Shown here: piece after piece, positions 57,466 to 64,000 of the stretch
Position numbering within the stretch: position 1 is the first letter of the stretch
Layout of the letters: each line of letters starts with the position of its first letter
From: an uncultured Gammaproteobacteria bacterium
GTDB lineage: Bacteria; Pseudomonadota; Gammaproteobacteria; GCA-001735895
Length of the DNA stretch: 64,000 nt
Direction of reading: 5' to 3'
Assembly: GCA_964196115.1 (NCBI GenBank)
Contig: CAXMRQ010000035.1
Coordinates: forward strand, 8,149-72,148
Made by a program: the position numbers and the translations under genes
The notes under the pieces: model-generated
The model's database searches: none
Seen by the model: only the letters and a program-made list of their open reading frames with translations
What the model was told of the DNA's origin: nothing

Positions 57466-58080
57466 TTATTGTAAAACGCTTTGTATCTGATTGAAGGCTC
57501 TCAACAGTGTTTCATTATTGTTCAAATCTTCTTCGGGTAGTGACCTGACGGTTGCAGCAATTAGACGTGCAGCAATATATCCTCGAATTGCCTCCGGAGT
57601 CGGCAAATAACCGTAACGCTTTCGAAATCTGGCCGATAAAGAACCGCCATTCATCGACTTCAGCGAATCTGGAGCGATAAGTGCGATTTCCCACATGGCG
57701 GTCTCTACAGGGTCAAAGAAAACGGTATTTTTAGACTTTAGTGATTTCGCAATTAACTCAGTGGTTTCAGCGGTAAACAAACCGGTCACGAAAATCGGTT
57801 GCCGTGTTTGCATCATATCATCGAGGGTTTTAAGCATCACAGTCGAATCGGCCCGACTATCGACTTTGAGTACATGAGAATCCAGACCGCCAAGGTGTCC
57901 ATCCGATGTTTCATCGGCATGCGCGTCTTCCTCAGTGGTCGCGAGTAAAAAACCGTTCAACGCCTGTTGACCCGATTCCTTTTGCGGGCCCGACATCGGC
58001 ATGACAAATACGAGGCTAAAGCTATGCGCCCAGGCCGAACCGAGACTCGTGATAAGCAGGATTCCAATCAAGATTTTCAA
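57466..58080 (-). CDS. Secreted hypothetical protein resembling an internally shortened type-I periplasmic binding protein
   Basis: 204 aa. A signal peptide (MKILIGILLITSLGSAWA) is followed by PMSGP....G.QALNGF.LA and a C-terminal F...YGY.PT.EAIRGY.AA.LIA, like the ends of LivK-type PBPs. The length is only about half of the family norm. Confidence 0.35.
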   Translation of the reverse strand: MKILIGILLITSLGSAWAHSFSLVFVMPMSGPQKESGQQALNGFLLATTEEDAHADETSDGHLGGLDSHVLKVDSRADSTVMLKTLDDMMQTRQPIFVTGLFTAETTELIAKSLKSKNTVFFDPVETAMWEIALIAPDSLKSMNGGSLSARFRKRYGYLPTPEAIRGYIAARLIAATVRSLPEEDLNNNETLLRAFNQIQSVLQ

Positions 58081-58177
58081 TGTAATTTCAACCGTTGGTG
58101 TAAATTCTGGATAAATTTGATATAGATTCTATTGTCACACCGCAGTATCACAAGTATGTTTAGCATCATTATATTGA

Positions 58178-58345
58178 CTAGGAGTCTGTCGGACTTAGGT
58201 AATCGTAGCGAGGGAAAGCCATTATGAGTCAGATTTTTCTATCGATTGAGGCGAATAGTCATTCATATTTAACGAAATGGATAGGAAAATTTGGCCAAAA
58301 TGGTTTTTCCGCAGTAGATTTATCCTAAATCCGACAGACTCCTAG
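58178..58345. repeat. 168-bp palindromic MITE-like element, family 2
   Basis: The termini CTAGGAGTCTGTCGGACTTAGG ... CCTAAATCCGACAGACTCCTAG pair at 21 of 22 positions, and the interior is also an imperfect palindrome. The left terminus recurs alone at 18545-18566. Confidence 0.7.
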
Positions 58346-58396
58346 AGCGCAGATTACTCAAATCTGCAACAAAAACCTACCTGGACGAAATTAACT

Positions 58397-59317
58397 ATGG
58401 CATCAGGCTCAAAAAAAGTCATCCTCGCGGCACTCGCAGGCAATGCGCTGATATCTATCACCAAATTTGGCGCCGCCGCTTATACCGGCAGTTCGGCAAT
58501 GCTGTCGGAAGGCATCCACTCTCTGGTTGATACCGGTAATCAGTTTTTATTGTTGTATGGCATTAAACGTGCCTCGAAGCCCGCTGACGACGATTTTCCG
58601 TTCGGCTATGGCAAGGAGATTTATTTCTGGAGCTTTATCGTCGCGATTTTGATATTTGCTCTAGGTGGTGGCATTTCTATTTATGAAGGCATTTCCAACC
58701 TCCAACACCCCGAACCGATTAGCAACCCTATGGTTAACTACGTGGTATTAGGTTTGGCACTGGTATTCGAAGGTGCAGCCTGGTTATTCGCTTTCAGAGA
58801 GTTCAATAAAGTAAGAGGTAAATGGGGTTATATAGAAGCGATCCAGCGCGCTAAAGACCCCTCTATTTTTGTCGTGCTATTCGAAGACTCCGCTGCGATG
58901 CTGGGCCTAGTGGTGGCTTTTGCGGGGGTCGCACTGAGCCAATATACCGGCATTCTAATATTCGATTCAATAGCGTCCATTGTCATTGGATTGATTTTAA
59001 TCGGCACCTCTATCTGGCTAGCCTACGAAACCAAGGGCTTGCTCATCGGCGAAAGCGCAAACCGATCAACTATCAAGGATATCCGCGATATATTAGAGGC
59101 GGCTGACAGCATCGAGCATGTCAACGAAGTATTGACCATGCACATGGGGCCGGATTTCATTCTGGCTAATATCAGCGTTGATTTCGCGGACAGCAAAACT
59201 GCCGATGAAATCGAAATTGTAATCGCCGACATCGATAAATCGATTAAGTCACAAAATCCTCAAATTAAGCGTATTTTTATCGAGGCGGAGAAGCGTAGTC
59301 AAACCACCGACCAGTAA
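58397..59317 (+). CDS. Cation diffusion facilitator (CDF) family transporter
   Basis: 306 aa. N-terminal TM domain with SEGIHSLVDTGNQ and a C-terminal cytoplasmic domain. Confidence 0.8.
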   Translation: MASGSKKVILAALAGNALISITKFGAAAYTGSSAMLSEGIHSLVDTGNQFLLLYGIKRASKPADDDFPFGYGKEIYFWSFIVAILIFALGGGISIYEGISNLQHPEPISNPMVNYVVLGLALVFEGAAWLFAFREFNKVRGKWGYIEAIQRAKDPSIFVVLFEDSAAMLGLVVAFAGVALSQYTGILIFDSIASIVIGLILIGTSIWLAYETKGLLIGESANRSTIKDIRDILEAADSIEHVNEVLTMHMGPDFILANISVDFADSKTADEIEIVIADIDKSIKSQNPQIKRIFIEAEKRSQTTDQ

Positions 59318-59435
59318 CAATAGGCACTGATCGGCCTTTTTTGAAAATAAACAGGCGAAAAGGAACTGTTTTTAAGTTTCATTTAATCTAGCCGGATTAA
59401 TCTATCACCATTATTTCAACTATTGGTGATAGATA

Positions 59436-60026
59436 ATGCCTTACCAGGCTAACACTACTGACACAATCAAAGTATGGGACCCGTTACTGAGAACATTTCA
59501 CTGGTCGCTGGTCTTATTTTTTTCTATTGCCTATATCACCGAAGATGACTGGACAAGCCTGCATGTAGTATCCGGGTATACGGTTACGATGTTGATCGCA
59601 TTTCGCCTTTTATGGGGGCTGATTGGTCCTCGTTACGCTCGATTTTCCCAGTTCATTAAGTCTCCCGCCGAGGTTCTCACTTATATCTGGAAGATGCTGA
59701 GTCTTAAGGTGCCACATTACCTAGGTCATAACCCGGCCGCGGCAGCGATGATTCTCAGTTTATTACTCAGCATTATTATAGTTTGTTTCACTGGCATGAT
59801 AATTATTGCTGCAGAGGGTCAGGGGCCGTTGGCAAATACTTTTTTCTCCGCAATGAACGCAGAATGGATGGAAGAAATCCACGAGTTTTTCGCCAATTTC
59901 ACATTATTGCTCGTCATCCTGCATGTAATCGGAGTGCTATTCAGCAGCATTCTGGAACGCCAGAATCTGGCGAGAGCAATGATTACCGGGCTTAAAAAGC
60001 GCGTTAACAATGCTGTCGACCAATAA
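59436..60026 (+). CDS. Cytochrome b561-family membrane protein (PF01292-like)
   Basis: 196 aa, 4 TM helices. VWDP.LR.FHW and conserved His residues in helices 1, 2 and 4. Confidence 0.75.
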   Translation: MPYQANTTDTIKVWDPLLRTFHWSLVLFFSIAYITEDDWTSLHVVSGYTVTMLIAFRLLWGLIGPRYARFSQFIKSPAEVLTYIWKMLSLKVPHYLGHNPAAAAMILSLLLSIIIVCFTGMIIIAAEGQGPLANTFFSAMNAEWMEEIHEFFANFTLLLVILHVIGVLFSSILERQNLARAMITGLKKRVNNAVDQ

Positions 60027-60040
60027 AGAGGGCTCCCATC

Positions 60041-60430
60041 ATGAAGAACACACCCGTATTTATAACCATCCTGATTAGCGCACTGATTTGTGTTAGCGGT
60101 CATGCCAGCACCATTGTTGAGAATCAATTGCAGCTTTACCAGCAACAGGGCGCTTCAGTATCCGACCCCGATCACGGGGAGCAATTATGGCGATCTAAAC
60201 GGGGTGAACGCAGCTGTACCAGCTGTCATGGCGACTCACCAACCCAGATGGGGAAACATCAAAAAACCGGTAAGGTAATTCAACCGATGGCAGTTTCGGC
60301 CAACCCTGACCGATACCGCGATGCGAAAAAAATTCAAAAATGGATCTTGCGTAACTGCAAGTGGACTTTCGCACGTGAGTGCAGCGCGCAGGAAAAAAGC
60401 GATATTTTGACCTGGCTTATTCAACAGTAA
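60041..60430 (+). CDS. Monoheme c-type cytochrome, DUF1924/SHP-like
   Basis: 129 aa. Signal peptide and a single CTSCHG haem-binding site. Its position between cytochrome b and a dihaem cytochrome c is as in the Rhodobacter SHP-DHC-cyt b operon. Confidence 0.6.
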   Translation: MKNTPVFITILISALICVSGHASTIVENQLQLYQQQGASVSDPDHGEQLWRSKRGERSCTSCHGDSPTQMGKHQKTGKVIQPMAVSANPDRYRDAKKIQKWILRNCKWTFARECSAQEKSDILTWLIQQ

Positions 60431-60446
60431 TCTTAGGAGAGCAATT

Positions 60447-61016
60447 ATGAGCAACCGGAAAATCATGACATTAGGTTCGGTCCTAATGGGAGGAATCCTG
60501 ATATTTAGCTTATACGGCATCGGCAACACTATCGCTTCTGGCGATATTGATCGAGAATGGGAGGGCAGAGGTAGTGACATCAATAAGAGTTTAACTGTAA
60601 ACAATGCCGTCTATATCGAAGAATGTGGCAGCTGCCATATGGCATATCCAGCCCGGATGCTACCCCCCGAAAGCTGGCGCAAGATTATGAACGGGCTGGA
60701 AGACCATTTTGACGAAAATGCCGAGCTTGATAACGAGACTAAAAATATCATTGAGAAATATCTAACGGGATCATCTAAATATAGCAACGGAAAATACCGT
60801 AAAATGTTTAGAAACCTGGGAGGCCAGTCACCGTTGAGAATTACTGAACTACCCTATTTCAGGCATGAGCATGATGAAATTCCTTCGCGGTTCTTCAAGG
60901 ACAATGATAAATTGAATTCCCTGAGTCAGTGCGATGCCTGCCATCGGAACGCAGAGAAAGGTTGGTTTGATGAAGATGATGTATTTATTCCTGGGGTTGG
61001 TCGTTGGGACGATTAG
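60447..61016 (+). CDS. Dihaem cytochrome c (DHC family)
   Basis: 189 aa with two CxxCH sites (CGSCHMAYP...W..IM.GL.DHF.ENA and CDACHRNAEKG). Confidence 0.75.
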   Translation: MSNRKIMTLGSVLMGGILIFSLYGIGNTIASGDIDREWEGRGSDINKSLTVNNAVYIEECGSCHMAYPARMLPPESWRKIMNGLEDHFDENAELDNETKNIIEKYLTGSSKYSNGKYRKMFRNLGGQSPLRITELPYFRHEHDEIPSRFFKDNDKLNSLSQCDACHRNAEKGWFDEDDVFIPGVGRWDD

Positions 61017-61278
61017 CTTTAATGTCCTTGGCGATGATGATGACTTCAATGCACAACAAATCCGGCAAATGGTGGAGCAGGGCCAGATACTCTCACTGGA
61101 AGCCATACTGGAGATACACAAGCCACTGATAGAGGGAAAACTGCTGGATTTATCGGTGGAAACTGAGCATGGAAAGATCATCTATGAATTGGAGTTTCTC
61201 AAGCAAAACGGTAACGTGGTCGAACTTGTGATCGACGCCAGGACTGGGGACTTACTCGAACTGGAAATCGAGCAATGA
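60970..61278 (+). CDS. PepSY-domain periplasmic protein
   Basis: From MKMMYLFLGLVVGTISFNVLG (signal). The C-terminal GKLLDLSVETEHGKIIYELEFLKQNGNVVELVIDARTGDLL is a PepSY fold motif. The track start at 60934 is probably too early. Confidence 0.65.
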   Translation: MKMMYLFLGLVVGTISFNVLGDDDDFNAQQIRQMVEQGQILSLEAILEIHKPLIEGKLLDLSVETEHGKIIYELEFLKQNGNVVELVIDARTGDLLELEIEQ

Positions 61279-61934
61279 GGCTGCTGCTCGCAGAGGATGA
61301 CACCCAACTGGTGGCCATGTTAAAACCCCGGTTACAAAAGGCAGGCTATGCGGTGGAATGCTCTGATAACGGAATTGATGCAGAATTTCAGGCTATCGAG
61401 AACGATTTTGATGGCATCATCCTGGATCTGGGTTTACCAGAGAAATCGGGGCTAGAGGTCTTAAAAGTCTGGCGTCTTAAAAAGCTGGACACCCCTGTTT
61501 TAATTCTTACCGCACGTGATTCCTGGCAGGAACGGGTCAATGGATTGAAGGCTGGGGCCGATGACTATATAGGCAAGCCTTTTCATTTTGAGGAACTGCT
61601 GGCTAGACTTGAGGCTATTTTGAGGCGAGGTTTCGGGCAGCTGGAAAATAGCCTGCATTATCATGGCATGACGCTCGATCTTGATCGGCAGACAATTGCT
61701 AAAGGGGATGGCAATACTACTCAGTTGACCGCCATCGAATTCAGGCTACTACGCTATTTTATGTCTCACCCGGGAAAAATCATATCCAAGTCGGAATTGA
61801 GCGAACATATTTACGAGGAAGATCATCTCAAGGATAGTAACGTGATTGAAGTCTATATTAATCGCATGCGCCAACTATTCGGCAAGCCATTTATAAAAAC
61901 TTATCGCGGCCAGGGCTACCAGCTACCCGAATAA
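61275..61934 (+). CDS. OmpR/PhoB-family response regulator
   Basis: 219 aa. REC domain (LLAEDD...ILDLGLP) plus a winged-helix domain (LT..EFRLL.Y......I.S...L........D...N.IEVYI.R.R....I.T.RG.GY.L). Confidence 0.9.
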   Translation: MRLLLAEDDTQLVAMLKPRLQKAGYAVECSDNGIDAEFQAIENDFDGIILDLGLPEKSGLEVLKVWRLKKLDTPVLILTARDSWQERVNGLKAGADDYIGKPFHFEELLARLEAILRRGFGQLENSLHYHGMTLDLDRQTIAKGDGNTTQLTAIEFRLLRYFMSHPGKIISKSELSEHIYEEDHLKDSNVIEVYINRMRQLFGKPFIKTYRGQGYQLPE

Positions 61935-61940
61935 ATAAAT

Positions 61941-63248
61941 GTGTATTCGTTAAAAAACAAGTTAAACAAAGGCCTGATATTAAATATGATCCTGGTCATG
62001 TTGCTATTGCTGGTCGGGCTCAATATTACCATTCAGAACCTGGTTAAAGAGCATGTGCTAACACGCCTGCAACACGACGCAGAAAGCCTGATCAGTGTCA
62101 TCCAGCAAAATACCGATGGCATCTGGGCAGTCAATCCAATACATATCTCCACAGTCTATAATCGAGTTCGTTCGGGCCATTACTACCGTATAGCAACACC
62201 AAAACAAACCATTCGATCACGGTCGTTGTTCGATTTCGAGTTTTCATCGCCGTCGATCAATGTGGGCCAATCGACCACCTACAAGATGAAAGGGCCGGGA
62301 GATGAAAGCTGGATTGTCTGGCAGCAGATGATTAACAAAAACGACCAGCCCCTACAGATTTGGGCTGCTGAAGACATCGCTCCATTTAATCAAAGCCTGT
62401 TACGATATTCTCTCTATTCACTCGTAATAGTCGTTCTAGCGTTATTAATCTCGCTTTATTCCCAGCAAAGAATCCTGAGTCGCGCATTCGCAGTATTTGA
62501 TGAGCTCCGCAACAACCTGCAATCAATTCGACAACGAGAAACCGAAAGTGCTGATATACAGGTGCCGATTGAGGTACTACCACTTGTTGAGGAAATAAAA
62601 AAACTGGTTGAACAATTGAGTCATCGTATCCAGCGCACCCGTCGCGCGATAGGCAACCTCTCGCATGAAATTAAAAGACCACTGCAAATACTGTCACTGC
62701 ATGTTGATACCGATGAAGATAGGGAATCGGTGCGCCAGTCTATCCATGATATTCGTGCCATAGTGGATCGAGAACTGCGGCGCGCGAAAGTTTCCGGATC
62801 GAGCAGTGTTGGTATTGTATTTCGCTTGAAGGATGAAATGCCTTACCTGTTAGAGGTCATGCGAAAAATTTATCCAGCGATAGCAATAGAGTTAGATACA
62901 ACGGATGAATTAAACGAGATAAACCTGGACAAGGATGACATGCTCGAATTGCTCGGAAATTTGATAGATAACGCCTGCAAATTTGCCATAAAAAAAGTCA
63001 GCATCAAAATAAGTTCAGGTCAGCAACGGCTTTATCTGTCTATTGAAGACGACGGACATGGCGTAGTGCGGGAACAACTGGAAAAATTAGGTGGGAAAGG
63101 AATAAGGCTGGATGAGACCGTAGAGGGACATGGGCTCGGTTTAGGCATTTGTTCAGATATTATAGAAAGCTATCAAGGGCAGCTAAATTTTTCCTCATCG
63201 GATATGGGAGGATTAAAAGTAAAAATCGAAATACCTTTAAGTACTTAA
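61941..63248 (+). CDS. Sensor histidine kinase (two TM helices, HisKA, HATPase_c)
   Basis: 435 aa. H-box NLSHEIKRPLQ, N-box GNLIDNACKF, G-boxes DDGHGV and GHGLGLGI. Confidence 0.85.
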   Translation: MYSLKNKLNKGLILNMILVMLLLLVGLNITIQNLVKEHVLTRLQHDAESLISVIQQNTDGIWAVNPIHISTVYNRVRSGHYYRIATPKQTIRSRSLFDFEFSSPSINVGQSTTYKMKGPGDESWIVWQQMINKNDQPLQIWAAEDIAPFNQSLLRYSLYSLVIVVLALLISLYSQQRILSRAFAVFDELRNNLQSIRQRETESADIQVPIEVLPLVEEIKKLVEQLSHRIQRTRRAIGNLSHEIKRPLQILSLHVDTDEDRESVRQSIHDIRAIVDRELRRAKVSGSSSVGIVFRLKDEMPYLLEVMRKIYPAIAIELDTTDELNEINLDKDDMLELLGNLIDNACKFAIKKVSIKISSGQQRLYLSIEDDGHGVVREQLEKLGGKGIRLDETVEGHGLGLGICSDIIESYQGQLNFSSSDMGGLKVKIEIPLST

Positions 63249-63274
63249 AGGAACATCTGAACAAGCCTTATGGC

Positions 63275-64000
63275 TCATGGAAAACCAGCCTTTTTAAGCA
63301 ATGTTTCAGAGTTTCGAAAAGCGATATTTTCAGCAACCTCCCTCGGCAGGGTTTGTAGCCACTCGCGCGACCACTCAGCGTTCTCGACCACATAAAACCA
63401 GCGATCTGGTGTATAAGTATCGGTACCGAGTACAAATCGATTTGGAAACTCTATAAAAAGTTTACTCCATTTCGGGTCGACCTGATTATGCACAACGTGT
63501 TCCTCGCGAAAAGCCAGGTCACTCCACAAATTCGGGTATTTTTCCAACATGGTGCGAATCTCGTCGGGATCATCAAAGCCGGAATGCGCCCACAAAACCA
63601 GCGCATCCGGATTGTGTTTAAAAATTCTATGGATCGCATCGCTGTCCACATGCGCATGAAGAAAAATGCCGTATTGTCTTGCGAGTGCGATCACCTGCTG
63701 TAACACCGGCAATTCAATGTCCTCGCCGGCGGCATGAAATTCACCAATGCCGGCGTAGTGATTTTGCTTCAATCGTTCACTGAGCATGGCAACAACGCTT
63801 TCGTCATGCTTCCAGCTACTGGTTTCGCCACGTTTTCGGTAGGGGCGCAAAACCGGCACCACCAGATCAGGCGCTATGGCATACAGCGTTTGCGTACCTT
63901 CATCACTGGAACTCGATACAAACGCTTTTTTCAGCCCGGCCTCGCGTAAAATTTCTATTGCCTTTTGCGGCGGCACAACTTCCCATGCATCATGGCTATA
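63275..64000 (-). CDS. Amidohydrolase-superfamily (TIM-barrel metal hydrolase) protein, partial (5' end beyond window)
   Basis: The frame stays open from 63976 to the window edge (..YSHDAWEVVPPQK). GIGEFH, FLHAHVD, LWAHSG and LGTD are the His/Asp metal-ligand strands of amidohydrolase_2/TatD-like proteins. Confidence 0.6.
   Translation of the reverse strand, partial: YSHDAWEVVPPQKAIEILREAGLKKAFVSSSSDEGTQTLYAIAPDLVVPVLRPYRKRGETSSWKHDESVVAMLSERLKQNHYAGIGEFHAAGEDIELPVLQQVIALARQYGIFLHAHVDSDAIHRIFKHNPDALVLWAHSGFDDPDEIRTMLEKYPNLWSDLAFREEHVVHNQVDPKWSKLFIEFPNRFVLGTDTYTPDRWFYVVENAEWSREWLQTLPREVAENIAFRNSETLLKKAGFP

Overview
Chromosomal window from a gammaproteobacterium. The synteny (hisBHAF-hisIE-tatAB, trkAH, rsmB-fmt-def next to LysM-dprA-smg-topA-tsaC-hemF) resembles Pseudomonadales/Cellvibrionales-type marine lineages, but the taxon cannot be fixed from sequence alone. 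About 60 CDS are supported. I saw no rRNA, tRNA, CRISPR array, transposase, integrase or phage gene.

The first ~24 kb and the last ~6 kb are mostly housekeeping or ordinary regulatory genes. The accessory part, ~24-58 kb, holds the items most worth a second look:

1. A LysR-controlled cluster (29.0-36.7 kb) encodes a non-pyrrolysine MttB-family methyltransferase, a covalent-flavin dimethylglycine-dehydrogenase-like FAD/GcvT fusion, an orphan 431-aa protein, a DUF523 protein and a PhnZ/TmpB-like HD-domain protein. No corrinoid protein and no 2-oxoglutarate dioxygenase partner are visible. It lies next to an oligopeptide-type ABC importer with two tandem Tat-signal binding-protein paralogs and an EEP phosphoesterase, and this importer block is flanked by gene fragments. 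I read the whole region as a candidate, uncharacterised aerobic quaternary-amine or aminophosphonate catabolic island.
2. An unannotated Csr/Rsm-family sRNA (~6.16-6.43 kb) carries about 18 GGA motifs, an upstream GacA/UvrY-type box and a terminator with GGA in its loop.
3. A ~195-nt double-stem structure between the mttB-family and dmgdh-like genes buries the downstream Shine-Dalgarno sequence.
4. Several ~167-173-bp palindromic MITE-like elements have termini that coincide with stop codons.
5. A head-to-head junction of two 5'-truncated genes (upp and a TolB-like/TPR gene) marks a rearrangement.

All functional calls rest on reading the translations and recognising motifs by eye. No database search was run.
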